From: Octopus bimaculoides
Taxonomy: Eukaryota
NCBI RefSeq assembly: GCF_001194135.2
Contig: NC_068981.1
Span: 160,784,718 to 160,848,717, forward strand
Direction of reading: 5' to 3'
DNA: 64,000 bases
A program made the translations under genes and the position numbers. The notes under the pieces are model-generated. The model had not been told where the DNA came from. It saw only the letters and a list, made by a program, of their open reading frames with translations, and made no database searches. Positions 25,791-40,311 of the stretch are shown piece by piece (position 1 is the first letter of the stretch; each line of letters begins with the position of its first letter).

Positions 25791-28700
25791 TTAGACTTAC
25801 AGTCAAAAGTATTCCCTCTATGGCCATCCCAACTTTTTCCTTTATACAGAGAAACTGTGATTATATCAAGTGTGTCCTTTTAGGTGGAAGAATTTGTTTT
25901 TTTAGTCTCTTACTCGTTTCAGTCATTGGACTGCAGCCATGCCCCAGCTGCTGCGGCACTGCCTTTAAGGGTTTAGTCTAAGAAATTGAGCTCAGTACTT
26001 ATTTCTAAGTCTGGTATTTATTCTGTTGATCTCTTGTGCTGAACTGCTAGGTTATGGGGATGCACACAAACCAACATTAGTTGTCAAGAAGTATGTGTGT
26101 ATGGGGCAAACATGCGCATGCACACACACATACACACAATGGGCTTCCACACAGTTTCTGTCTACCAAATTCACTCACAAGGCATTAATCAACGTGGGGT
26201 TATAGTAGAAGACATTTGTTCAAGGTGCCAGACAGTGGGACTGAACCCAAAGTCACGTGGTAGCAAAGCGAGCTTCTTAACCACCCAGCCATACCTGTGC
26301 TTCTGGTATTACATTGTTTCTGGACAGTACAATTTATTCTTCATTGCCTTAGTTCATCTTTCTATCTGGTGCTAAGTTTCCAAATCAAACAAGAATATTC
26401 AGGTTCAGTTTGGAGTTTAGTAATTATCATAATCTTCTTTGCCATTACCATTGAATTAGAATCTCAGTTCTGGTTATGGATTGTGTATTATGGTAACCAT
26501 ATGCGACAGCTTACTTCACATGAAAATTTTCATTCATGGCTGTCCAACCACCAGCTGGATATCCTCCTCCAAACATCAGGTTTATTTAGTCTGGGAATCC
26601 CTAAGTGATATCAAGGCAATGAGATAACTGTAGTGTGGTTACTTGATAGACTCACGACAGCAGCAAAATCTCTTTCAAATCATATCTTACCATCTGGGTA
26701 CCTCCCCCACTAAAAAAAAGCAGAGAAAACACTGGATAATGAAGTTGTAGATATATTGTTTGAAAAAGGAGAGGATGATAATCACAGTTTGTCTTTTATC
26801 ACAGAGCTGACCAGAGATTAAACAGGGACAACTATAGTTACAACAAGCCAATGAGAAGGCCCTCTACAAGGTTGTTTGATCTGCTAGACCAAACTAGCTA
26901 TTTTGCTGCTAGAAATAGATGCTAAATCTCTCTCATATCACTAGTACATTAAAAATAAAAGGATATTTTTGATAATGTAGTCCTAGATAAACATTTAAAA
27001 AAAAAAAAAGTGGAAGATCATGTTAGAAATATCATCGGTGTGCTTGATCAGGGCTAACTTAGGATAAACAACAATAGCAGAATCTACTTAAACGATATAC
27101 AAATTTGAACATTATCATCATAATTTAACGTCTGTTTTGCATGTTGCCATGGATTGGAATTTTGATAGGGGCTGGCAAGCTGGATTGCTGCACCAATAGG
27201 CACCAATTGTCTGTTTTTAGGCATCTACTGCAGGATGCGTTTCCTAACACCAACCACTTTACTATCCTGTTAACCTATTTATATAAAATGGGCGATTTGC
27301 TGGTTAATTGTCTGTATCATGCAACTGTGTTTATTACATTTCTTCACTTTATTTAAACTATTATAAACTCAACAAGAATATTAAGATTTAGCAACTCAGA
27401 TAAAATTGTTTTCTTGGATCACGTTAACTTATAAAAACATACTTGGGTGTGTAAGGAAGGCAGTGGTGGGACCCTGAAAATGGAAGATAAAATTTTAGTT
27501 GTATTTTTCTACAACAGTTTTTAAAATTTTACTTGAAATTGTTTTTAAGTTGAAATTAATCTGAAATATATTTACAAAGAAAATACTACATGTCAACCAC
27601 TTTGCTCCCATATCTAACCCTGTTTTCTTTGCTCCCTCTCCCACTCCTTATAAAGTTATAGTTTTTAGATAAACACATATGCAAACATATGTGGACTACA
27701 CACCCAAAGTTTTAAGAGATAATTTTTCACTAGCTTGGATAAAGAGGATGGCAATGATGATGATGATGATGATTAAAATGACAGTAATAATAATGCTTTA
27801 TTACTAAAAGGGCACAAAAGAAGAAACATTACAAAGGTGAAAACTAACAGAAACAGTGAGAAAACAAAATGTGAAATATTTACTGTGCAAATAAAAACCT
27901 TTTCTATAAATTTTAAATCAACATTATTGGTTTTCTCTCCGTTTTGTTCATACAATAGGAACATCACTTTCCAATGACAACATGATGATTATTATGTAAT
28001 CATCATCATTATTTTTTATATAATTGGTCTGTCAGTAATTGCTATCACTCCCAGCTATTAAAGTCAATCAATGAACTTGTCATCAACTCATCATCATCAT
28101 CATGTTTAAACTATGCTAATGATATTTATTTTGGTTGAGTGTTATTTTCATGTTTGTTTGTGCTGTGTTATCTTTTCTTTGTTTCATCCTCTCTAGAGAT
28201 AGAGCAAATGTGTATTAAGAGACATACATCATAACTACAACTAACAAAAAAATCAAGGGACATCATAACTACAATGCACAAAATTATTAAGAGACATCAT
28301 AAGTACAACCAATGTGCTTAGAGACGATCATTTTGCCTCTTACTTCTTAGCATTTTTATTAGACAATTTAAAAATCTCAATTATGTTTAGTTGCTAGGTG
28401 GCATTACAAAAATAAAGTTTATTTATCTGACCCTTAAAATTGTGTTTTAAAGGCAATAATAACTAAAATGTGAAAATCAAACTGTTCTCATGGTTTATAG
28501 CTGGTGGTGTAGCAAGTGAATGAAGGATATTTAAATAACTACAGTGTCTAATTACAAAAGCTAGAGTGACTCACACACATACAACAGTGTGTGTGTGTGT
28601 GTGTATTGATGATATAAATTTATGAAACATTGAACATTTCTCTATGAAATAGGAAATGCATTAATAACCTCTGTTTGCCCTATATTGACTTGCAATGTCA

Positions 28701-29046
28701 ATAACCACACCTGTATATTAAAAGTGAGCATACCTAAAGATCCAGTAAATTCATTTTAAGGAAAGAAACATCATGACCTTTCTAAATTATGTGTGTTTCT
28801 CTCTTGAACTTATATCAGGTTTTATCATTATCTTTTAGTTGCTTGACTCATTAGACTGTGGTCATGCTGGGGCACCGTCTTGAAGGGTTTTAGTTTTAAC
28901 TCATTGACCCCAATCCTTATCTCTTTTCTTTTTGCAAAGCCTGGTACTTATTCTATTAGTCTCTTTTGCCAAATTGCTAGGTTACAGGGATGTAAACACA
29001 TCAACACTGGTTGTCAAATGGTGATGGTGAATGACACATACTCAAT

Positions 29047-29210
<164 letters not shown>

Positions 29211-32200
29211 TCTAATATATATATTAGACAGGCTTCTTTCAGTTTTCATCTAACAAACCCACTCCTTTGCTCAGTCTAGGCTATAGTAGAAAACACTTGC
29301 CAAACATGCCACACAGTGAGCCTGAACCCAGAACCATGTGGTTGGGTAGCAAACTTCTTACCACTTATCCACACCCATGCCTATTATTAGATAACCAATA
29401 AACATTTTTTCCTCCGTGAAATACATTTGGTTTGGTCTCCTAACAGTTGAATACTTCCTCATAATGCTCTTGCGATTCTTTGATGGCAGAGTTGTTACAA
29501 TGCTGGATAAAATGCCTTTCAGTGACTCTGCACTTTGAGTTCAAATCCTGCTGAGATTAACTTTGCTTTTCATCATTTCAGTGTTGAGAGAAAAAAAAAG
29601 ATACCAATCCAGGGCAATAGACAAGTGGAACTGTCAGAACATTGCAATATTTATTCTAGATCCTTGTATTTTGGGTTCAAATCCACCTGTGGTCTACATG
29701 TATAGTAGACTTAATTTGCCATCTAGTTTCATTCTACCACCTGGCATCTTGAGTGCCTTTAGTACAATACACTCTGTCATGAGCATTTGGACTTGGCCTC
29801 CAGTTTGAGGTACCATCCGTCTTATCTCTCTCCCACAAATCTTGGAGATCCTGTAAAGGGTCATGGACATCGTCCTTCCTCCAGATTAAAAAATTAAAAA
29901 AGTACTACAAAAAAAAAAAATGCAAAGGATCTCTTAAGCCTTTTGTTAACATATTTCTACTGAAATGCACTTCCATTGTTTCAATTGATTTTGAAAATAA
30001 TGAAAAATTTAGTAAAATAGCTTTGTCATCATTAAACCGGTGTTTCGATCATAAATTAACACAAAACTTTGAAGATTTTAATTTAGATCACTTTAAGAAA
30101 AAGGAAATTTGTATCATAGAACCAGGAGTAGTCTCAGGCAGGTTGGTATTAAAAAGTTCAACGACTTTGTGAAGTTACATGTAATTCCATTCCACATATA
30201 TATAACTGGTCTCTATAAAATTGTTTATTAAATTTTACTGTTATCAAGATAATTATAATGGCTATCTGCATGTGCAATCCCTGTGAGTCAGGGTGGCTGT
30301 TTCAGTGCATCTCCCTTGCCAGCCTCTGGGGCAACGCCTTTTCCATTTTGTCTACTGGGACCGCGAAGCAGTCTGACAAGCCGTTTTAGATATTTTTCTG
30401 ATGTGAGGAAGAGGAAAGATGTGATGACTTAAGAATATTATGGCAATTGTAAAGAAGACTAACATAAACAAAAGTGAAGAAATGTTGATATCAACAACAA
30501 TATAGATATATATATATATATATATATCTATATATATAATATAAATTATCACAAATTCTCTCCATATAAATTTAGTACTAATGTGAAGAAATTCTTGTTT
30601 AAAAAACATCTAAGTTGAAGGATAAATCTGAAAATATATCACAAATATCTATTCTAGTAAGAATTCTGTTTTTGTAACTAAATAGCATTTCTGTATGTGA
30701 GAGAATAAATACATCACTTGTATGTATTAGACATTATATTTTAAATTGAAGTGAAATAGTGATCTTAAGAAGCTTTGAATTAAAAAAAAAAAAAAATTNN
30801 NNNNNNNNAAAAAAAAAAAAAAATTTATTTCTTTCCAAGCAAGACTAAATACATTTGCCTTTACTCCTTTGTGAAATGTAAATCAGGTCAACAAAGCTGT
30901 ATTATTAACAGGTCAATTTGTGAATTTATCTTTCCAGTATTGCAAGAAGGATTGTGAGTCATCCACAAAACACTCAAGTTTCGTGAGATTAGAACGAATC
31001 TGTTTTTTGGTCTTGATAAAATATTGGTAACACCTTGTTGAAAGAAAATTCTTAATGAGCTGAGTCTATTATTACCCAGTTTTGATTTCTGTTTGTACAG
31101 ACAGATCTTTTTACTTTTTTACCTGTTCCAGTCACTGGCTGTGACCATGCTGGGGCACCACCTTTAATGGTTTTAATTGAATGAATTAACCCCAGTACTT
31201 AAAATTTTTTCTTTTAAGCCTTGTACTTATTCTACTGGTTTCTTATACTGAACTGCAAATTTACAGGGATGTAAACAAACCAGTACTGGTTGTCAGGTGG
31301 TGGTGGGAGACACTCAAATGCATAAACACATACATGTGGATATATACATACTTGTTTCTTTCAGTTTCCTTCAGCCAATTCCCCATTCAAAGCTTTGGTT
31401 GATCCAGGGCTACAGTTAAAGACGCTTGCAACTGAACCTGGAACTATGTGGTTGAGAAGCAAACTTCTTACCAAACACCCATGCATGTACCTATAATTCT
31501 TCAAGTAATTTGGGTATCATTGTCATTAATTGTCATGTCTGTGTCTCTGAAGATCTATTGATTGATATATTTTGAATTCTTTGTATAGACACAGGCATGG
31601 CTCTGTGGTTAAGGAGCTTGCTTTGCAACCATGTAGTTTTAGGTTCAGTCCTGCTGCACTGCATCTTAGGCTAGTGTTTTTTACTACAGCCCTGGGTCAA
31701 ACAGCTGACCAATGCCTTGTGAGTGGATTTGGTAGACAGGAACCATGGAAACCTATTGTATGTGTGCATTTGTGTTTGTTCCCCAACCAATACTTGACAA
31801 CTTGTGTTGGTTGTTTATGTCCCCATGACTTAGCAGTTCAGTATAAGAGACCAATAGAATAAGTACCAGACTTAAAAAAAAAAAATTGGCACTTTGGTTG
31901 ATTTGCTTGACTAAACTTTTCAAGGCAGTGCTCCAGCATGTCTGTTGTCCAATGATTGAAAGAAATAAAAGATAAAGATTAAAATCTATCAGATTCATGT
32001 CTTCATAAAATAGCAGTTAATTCTTTTGGAATATTTTATTTAAGATTTTCAGCATATAATGACATTAGACTTTATATGTGCCAGTTTGAGTCAGAAAAGA
32101 GCGAAAGACTTGCCAGTAGGCCTGCTAATCATGTGTCTCAAATTAGATAAAAGTATTGATTTATTGATTTTAATATACTGGATTTGGTGAGTAGTAGGAA

Positions 32201-32818
32201 GAGGTTGTAATATTGTAGTGTGACACAGTTGATTAAACCAACCATAATATTTGACTAACAGGGCATGGTTAACTTTGGTAGGATTTGAAGAAAGAAAATA
32301 AAAACATAAACAAACTAACCCTGGTTGTCAAGTGGTGGGGACCAAACTCACACACACACATATTTACACATCATCATCATCATCATTCTTTAACATCTGT
32401 TTTCCATGCTGGCATGGGTTAGACTGTTTGACTGGAACTGGTAAGCTGGAGAGCTGCACTAGGCTCCAGTCTGTTTTGGTATGGTTACTACAGCTGGATG
32501 CCATTACTAACGCCAATCACTCCACGCACGCACACACACACACACACACACACATTCATACAAACATACATAATAAATATACACATACACACATACACAT
32601 GACAAGCCTCCACACAGTTTCTGTCTGCCAAATTCAGTCAGATGGCATTGGTTGGCTCCAGGCTTTAATAGAAAACACTTGCCCAAGATGTTATGCAGTG
32701 AGACTGAACCTGAAACAACATGGTTACAAAGCAAGCTTCTTAACCACAAAGCCATGCCTATATAATCTGTGTCTATGTATAATTAGTAACAATTTGACTG
32801 GACTCCACATTATTTTAA

Positions 32819-33036
32819 CCCTTTAACATTTAGTTTACCCTGTCAAAAGTAATGCTCATTCATTCATATTGTTTTGAATTAAGCGTACTTTATCTTGTCG
32901 CTTAAAGATTTCAATGATGTGATTGTTTATTTTTAGAAGGACATTGTAGGGTAGGTGTGAGATACTTGATTTAGCTGGTCTGAACATAAAACGGAGAATA
33001 TTTTTGACAGATATGGCTGGTTTAAATGTTAATGGG
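32819..33036. mobile_element. piggyBac-type MITE family 1
   Basis: TTAA|CCCTTTAACATT ... AATGTTAATGGG|TTAA. Confidence 0.8.
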
Positions 33037-33200
33037 TTAAATAACATGGAGCTGAATCAAACTATTTTAAACTTTCAACTGCTACATGTACCACTGGTGG
33101 TTCATCGCAAACTTCACACGATTGCCATATGCACCACCCATGGTACGTTTTCATAATTTGAGAAAATATTTAATTCTGTATCTTTGGTGAGGATATTTAA

Positions 33201-33420
33201 CCCTTTAGCATTCAAATTATTTTGTTGAATATAATGCTTGTTTATTCACATTCTTTTAAATTTACCATTCTCTATCTCATAGATTTAAAATTTCAATGAT
33301 ATGATTGTGCATTTTTAGAATGACATTATAGGCTACTTGTGAGAGGCCAAATCTGTCTGGCCTGAAAATAAAACATGTACAATATTTGAGCTAGATATGG
33401 CTGGTTTAAATGCTAAAGGG
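33201..33420. mobile_element. piggyBac-type MITE family 1
   Basis: TTAA|CCCTTTAGCATT ... AATGCTAAAGGG|TTAA, 220 bp. Confidence 0.85.
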
Positions 33421-34547
33421 TTAAATAACATGAGTGCTAAATATTAAAGTTTAATTATGAAATACATTAAAAATGCCAAAAAATTAAATTTCCTTGTAAT
33501 TAACCATTATGCAATGTGACTGCAAAATATGTGGCATGATCAGTAACTTCCAGTAACAGGTTGTGGCAGTTAACATGTTAAACCCACGTAACAGATGTGT
33601 TGAATGCTACTTTTTTTTCCATTTGTTCACCCAATTGTGTGTGTTTGTGTGTCTTCATGTCGACAGTTTGAGCAAAAATATAGCAGCAATTGTTTCTATC
33701 GTTTGTAAAGAGTATGTCTTGTAACTCAGCAGTTTCAATATATGAAGGAGATCAGTCAAATGAAAATTAAGTTAGGGTTGGTAAAGGATGACTAACTGTA
33801 GAATACTAACTCCATAAGTTACATCCAACCCCTGCCAGCATGGAAAAAGTGGACATACAAATGGTAATGGCATGTGTATGTTGTAACTTTCCTTTGACAT
33901 TTTCCTGGATTGTTTCTGTCTCTTTTAGATAGTTGTTAATACAAAAGACTTAAATATATACAGACAGATTAGCTGTGATTTATCTTGTCAAAACACTGTG
34001 CTAAAATAAAATCCATTCATCTTTTCTTTTTTCCTTCTTTCCGTTTATACTTTTAAAAGAACTTTCTTGTATCTAATTCTGTCAGGGAGCAGCCATTTGA
34101 TAAATATTTACAGCCATTTGCTGAAACACAAATTAATCTTGTGTTAAGCTGTATAACAAACTTGTCTCCATATCTGCTGATAAATGCTGACACATAGCTT
34201 GAGTGTATTCATTCTTAATGCTGGTAATTTGCATCTAAAATCCACATTAGAATTTTCAATTGAATATTATCTGCAACAGTTGTGATTGCAACTTATTTCT
34301 TTTACAATTTGTTTCTTTGCATTTCTCTCTATCATCCCTGCCGCTGATTTCTGTGTGTGTGTGTGTGTGTATGTAACTAATTAGCTATATTGATTTTTAG
34401 GGTTGTAACAAGGGTATTCAACATGCCTGTTGCCCTTCCTTTCTCCCCTTTATGTGTACATAGATGACTCACTGGAGTCTATCAGTCTGATTCACCTCTG
34501 TTCTGCTATTTCTATTCAAATATTCTGTTGATTTCATGACTTGTTGC

Positions 34548-34583
<36 letters not shown>

Positions 34584-35174
34584 GCATGCCTCCTCCTTTC
34601 AAACTTTTTTTTGTTATTTTTATTATCCACATATTTTATTTTTTCTTGCTCCCCCATCCCTTAATTTTTCTTTCCTCCTTTAAAAAGGGGAATTTGGGAA
34701 GGTTGTGCATTCCAATACGGATATATATTTTTAAAACTTTGATTGTTCATGTGTATTTTTTGAAGAATTTATTAGGAATTATTCCTGATAGAAAACACAG
34801 AATTACACAGATTGCATGCAGTATTCTACATTTTTGTTGATTTTTTTAATTATTTTTTTTTTAGCAAAATGCATTACTGGGAGTTTGTTTAGATATATGT
34901 CGTTTGTTTATTATGTGGAAGTATTGCATGCATTTTCCATGGTGATTATGACTATTTAATGTAGCTACCAGTTCAAGGTGAGAAACTGGCTACTTAATTG
35001 AATACAGCATTTGAATGTAAAGGAATACATGCAACTATAGCTTTACTTGGATAAACTTAGTGTGACACATCAGTGGCATTGCTGGTTAATAACATGACCC
35101 AGATATGACAGGCTTAGCTGTGAGGCTTTACTGCTACAGCAAGAATGAAAGAGCTTCTGGATATTAATGATAAT

Positions 35175-35722
35175 AATAATCCTTTCTACTATAGAAACAA
35201 GGCTTAGAATTTTGGGAGAGTTGGCTAGTTGAATACATTGACCTCAATATTTGACTGGTATTTATTTCATTAACCTCTGAAAGGATGAAAGGCAAAGTTG
35301 ACCTTGATGGAATATGAACTCGAAACAAAGATTGATGAAATACCACAAAGCAATTTTGTCCAGCATGCTAATTCTGTAAGCTCACCACCTTATTGATGTC
35401 AATAATAATAATAAAAGAATAATTAACAAAAGCAGGTTATAATGGTTTTTATAAAAGTTTCTGTAGTAGTGGAACCCATTCAATTTGAGGAAATATTAAT
35501 ATTATAAGAGATAAATCTGTCAAATTTTGGTTCAAGGCCAACAAGGGAGTGAATAAGTTGAATACACTGACCCCAGTGTACAACTGGTATTTATTTTATT
35601 GGCCCTGAAAGAATGAAAGGAAAAGTTGACCATGGCAGAATTTGAACTCGGGATTTAAACTTGGATAAAATACTGCAAAGCAGTTTGTTCAGTGTGCTCA
35701 CGATTCTGCTAGCTCTCCACCT
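35175..35722 (-). mobile_element. Two SINE family A copies (35175-35395 and 35520-35722)
   Basis: ggatgaaaggcaaagttgacc and gctcaccacctta motifs in reverse orientation. Confidence 0.8.
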
Positions 35723-35762
35723 TATTAATGACAACAACAACAACAGCAATAATAATAATAAT

Positions 35763-36752
35763 GGCTTAATGAGATACCTAGCCCAAAGTAAAGAAACCTT
35801 ACTAGTGAAAAGAATGAGGGAGTATTTAAAAGCAGAGAAAATAGGGAGAAAGAAAGAAGTACAAAGAGGACATGGAGAAGAATTAGGCAACAAGGGACTA
35901 CTCAATCGTTTCCATGTAGTCACAACAGAAGTTGCTGGAAAAAATAGGTGGGATTGGCTGATGAAAGGAACACTAAAATAAGAGACTGAGAGCACTATAC
36001 TGGCAGTGCAGGACCAAGCTTTGGCCATGAATTGGAGTGTCAACCAGAGGAATGAGCGTCTCCACTGTGCTGCATCTGAAATAGAGTGGATGGAACCATA
36101 GCCCATATCACAAACAAATACCCTAGACTTGTCAAAACCAGTAGAAGTTGTGGCGACATGATCAGGTAGTGAAAGTGCTACATTGGAAACTGTGCAAAAA
36201 GTGGGGGTTAGAGAGAGGCAAGACATGGTATGAGCACAAACTGCAAAGAGTGGTTGAGTCGGAGACTAGCAAAATCTGGAATTTCCCAATCCAAACAGAT
36301 CAGGTGCTAGAGCATAACAGACAGGACCTAGTAGTGGTGGTAGACAAAGTGCACTACATATGCTATATAGTTGATGTTGCATGCCCCTTTGACCCATGAA
36401 TAGTCAAGAAGGAAGGTGAAAAGATAGATATATACAACTCTCTTAAGTACGAAATAGCCTGGCTATGGAAAATGAAGGTGAAGATAGTGCCAATTATTGT
36501 TGGGTCCTTGGTGACAGTATCAGAAGGCATCAAGAGGAATATAAAGGAAATTGGAATAGAGTGCCCAGTAGAACTGTTACAAAAGGTTTGCCTTTTTGGC
36601 ACAGCTAGAATAATTGGGAAAGCATTAGATAGCTACCAAAAAAAGAAAGATAGCATGGTACTGTAGGCTGTAGATAGCAAGCCCACTACGCATGCCAGAC
36701 TCCAGGAGCTGCAACAAAACCTGTAATAAAGAGAAATAATAATAATAATAAT
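35763..36752 (+). mobile_element. 5'-truncated R4/Dong-like non-LTR retrotransposon (CCHC remnant plus restriction-like endonuclease)
   Basis: WDWLMKGTLK*ETESTILAVQDQAL; decayed knuckle SPLCCI*NRVDGTIAHIT; WRHDQVVKVLHWKLCKKWG; WNFPIQTDQVLEHNRQDLVVVVDK..CYIVDVACPFD; KEGEKIDIY..LKYEI..LWKMKVKIVPIIVGSL; LLQKVCLFGTARII. AATAAA then an (AAT)n tail. Confidence 0.8.
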
Positions 36753-39107
36753 TAACAAAAACAAAGTTATAATGGTTATTAAAAGTTTCTATAATAATGA
36801 AATCCCTTCAATTTGAAGAGATTTCAACATTATAAGAGATAATGCCACTGGTTCATGCCCAAAAAGAAATTGATAATTTTGACATTCAATTGATCCAAAA
36901 ATATTTTCAGGGATTACATGAGTCAGTTTCTTTTTTGTATATGCATTGATAAGATCAAATGTAAACTGATGAAACTGCTTCCATGTCATCCAAAATCAAA
37001 TTGAATTTCTGGAAGAATGGTTACGAGTATTAAAATTGGTTTAAAAGCATATTCACCAAGTAAATGTTATTAATGCATGTCTCAGTCACATGTTTTTTGA
37101 ATTATCTAACAATCTCTCGCTCAGCCAGATTCTAAGTCCATTTGCTTTGGAGGTCAAATTGATCATTAGTGACAATGTCTTATGAAATTGGAGCTCCGGT
37201 TTGGTATGAATGCAGAAGAAGTGAACTACAAGCTCAGCTGTGATTCTTAAGGGTTAACAAATTATGCTAGATCATGCAGAGTAAAATATACAATGACATG
37301 AATATTGATAGTGGACAAAATGCTGATATAGTCTCTCAGGTTTTGAAAATAAATGATTCTGCTAATAAGACTGATAAAAGATGATTTAGATGCAGTTCTT
37401 GTTCAACAAAAGGAATTAAACCAGTCCATTTCCAAGATATGTGATGTCATTGTTATGCTAATATTACAAGCATTGCATATATTTTACATACAATTTAAAG
37501 TAGATATCAACTTAGCATCAGAGCTTAGTTTATTCAGTTGTATAAAACTTCTGAAAATAATCATGTGTAGCATGTACTTTACTTAGATAAACTTTGTATT
37601 ACATAACAGCTTACATGCATGTGAGGAATATCTGCACGCACGCGCGTGTGTTTGTGTGTGCGCGCACACACATTTATAATCATCATCGTCATTTATTGTC
37701 CAAATTCCATGATTAGGTCAGAAGACTATTGAGCTCCATTGTCTGCTTTAGCATGGTTTCTGCAGCTAGATGCTCTTCCTAATGCCAACCACTTTAGAGT
37801 GTACTAGGTGCTTTTTCATATCATCACTACTGGTGATGTCACCAAGTTGCTCACAACACGTGATCCCTTAATTGAAGGGATGTAGTATTGAGAGAAGTGG
37901 ATTATGCTAGCTGTTGAGAGTTAAGACTATGATAACGGGATCTGAAGAGGTGTTTTGCTATAGAGGAGATACATGGCTACCCAAGCTGGTAAAGGATAGA
38001 AGAGAGTCATGATGAAGTGTCAGGGTTCAAGAGGGTGAATGTGAAGTGGATGGGGACAGAAGAATGGGCAAGGCGTATGAGATCAGAGGATCAAGTAAGT
38101 TTGCAAGAATGTGAAGTGAGCAATAGATGGTTGGAGGGAGGGAATATAGGGATAAATATGATGCAGTGAATAAGAGGGGAAGGTTATGGTCTTTGAATGT
38201 CAGTGTGAAGGTAGATATATGAAGGCACATGGCTCAGTAGTCAGTGTTCTGCTCACAATCATGAGGTAGTGAATTTGATTTCTGGACGAAGCTGTGTGTT
38301 GTGTTATTGAACAAAACACCTTATTTCATGTTGCTCCAGTTCACTCAGCTGCAGAAAGGAACTGTGATGTCACTGGTGCCAAGATGTATCAGCCTTTGCC
38401 TTTCCCTTGGACAACATTGGTGGCATGGAGAGGGGAGGCTGATATGTATAGGCAGCTGCTTGTCATAATCAACCTTGCCTGGACTTGTGCCTTTGAAGGT
38501 AACTTTCTAGGTGCAATCCCATGGTCATTTATGACCAAAGGGGGTCCTATATNNNNNNNNNNNNNNNNNNNNNNNNNNNNNNNNNNNNNNNNNNNNNNNN
38601 NNNNNNNNNNNNNNNNNNNNNNNNNNNNNNNNNNNNNNNNNNNNNNNNNNNNNNNNNNNNNNNNNNNNNNNNNNNNNNNNNNNNNNNNNNNNNNNNNNNN
38701 NNNNNNNNNNNNNNNNNNNNNNNNNNNNNNNNNNNNNNNNNNNNNNNNNNNNNNNNNNNNNNNNNNNNNNNNNNNNNNNNNNNNNNNNNNNNNNNNNNNN
38801 NNNNNNNNNNNNNNNNNNNNNNNNNNNNNNNNNNNNNNNNNNNNNNNNNNNNNNNNNNNNNNNNNNNNNNNNNNNNNNNNNNNNNNNNNNNNNNNNNNNN
38901 NNNNNNNNNNNNNNNNNNNNNNNNNNNNNNNNNNNNNNNNNNNNNNNNNNNNNNNNNNNNNNNNNNNNNNNNNNNNNNNNNNNNNNNNNNNNNNNNNNNN
39001 NNNNNNNNNNNNNNNNNNNNNNNNNNNNNNNNNNNNNNNNNNNNNNNNNNNNNNNNNNNNNNNNNNNNNNNNNNNNNNNNNNNNNNNNNNNNNNNNNNNN
39101 NNNNNNA

Positions 39108-39326
39108 TGTTATTTTTTGTATATTCTCCCACATATATATATATACATATATACATACATACATATATATATACATACATACATATATACACATACATAC
39201 ATATATGTGTATATATGTATGTATATACATATATGTGTGTGTGTATATATATATATACACACAGACACACACACACATATGTATACACCCACACACACAT
39301 ATGTATACACCCACACACATATATAT

Positions 39327-39364
<38 letters not shown>

Positions 39365-39400
39365 GTACACACACACATATGTACACACACACACACACAC
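39108..39400. repeat. Compound (TA)/(CA) microsatellite next to an N gap
   Basis: Directly visible. Confidence 0.95.
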
Positions 39401-40273
39401 ATGAAATATTCTAGGTAGGTAATTTGTTCCTTCTTATAAATTCCAAACTGAAAATTTTGATGGAATTTCTCTTTAGTGTATATTGTGAACATCTGCATTC
39501 TCAAATAGTTCTTCAGATTGCTGGCACTTCTTAGTTTTGATGAATTTTTCATCATGATGTACAGTCTAATGCTACAATATTAATATTATTTCTTGAGCTT
39601 GAGCTTTTAAATTTGTTCATGCGTTTGTATTTATTTATATCAAACAGTATGTTTAAGTTAGACATTACTTGGTGTGTGTGCTTTAGTTTCTTTTGGTCAT
39701 CACAGCCAAGACCATGATGGAGCACCCCTTTATTTTTTGTCTTATTATACTAGCAGTCATTTTTCATTTTGTACAATTTGCAGTAAGAAGGAAGTTGAAT
39801 TGTTTTAATTGAAATGAGGTGTAGTTCAATCTACTGGTGACTGCAGCCGAAACACCCTCAAATCACACTCTTCTGTTTTCATAACTTATTGCTTTAGTTA
39901 CACTGCTGAGTCTATTTAGAGTAATCTCTCTCTCTCTCTCTCTCTCAAGCATTCTTGTTAAATATTATTGGGTATTCTTATGAAACCTGTGGAAACTCCA
40001 CAGGTTTTCTATTGAACACACAGAACTTTAGTTGTTTGTTAGTGTGGTGGTTATAATAATGGCAAACAGCAGGCAAGAGAAATAGACAGACAGAGTAATA
40101 GGAAATCATGACAATTGTTAGATGAGGTGGTAACAGTGAAAGATAGGAGAAACAAAATGAAATGTTGTTAAATCACTATAGACATATAATCATATATGTA
40201 CATGCACNNNNNNNNNNNNNNNNNNNNNNNNNNNNNNNNNNNNNNNNNNNNNNNNNNNNNNNNNNNNNNNNNN

Positions 40274-40311
<38 letters not shown>

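Noticed and set aside
26546-26580. Pro-rich mini-ORF MAVQPPAGYPPPNI
   Set aside because: Too short, weak donor (gtttat), no supporting exons
28210-28312. Three copies of gacatcataactacaa-like motif
   Set aside because: Short, irregular, decayed tandem repeat with no further structure
38294-39555. Long ORFs of 283-388 aa (similarly at 1944-2559, 47604-48183, 60682-61206)
   Set aside because: They consist of N gaps plus dinucleotide repeats
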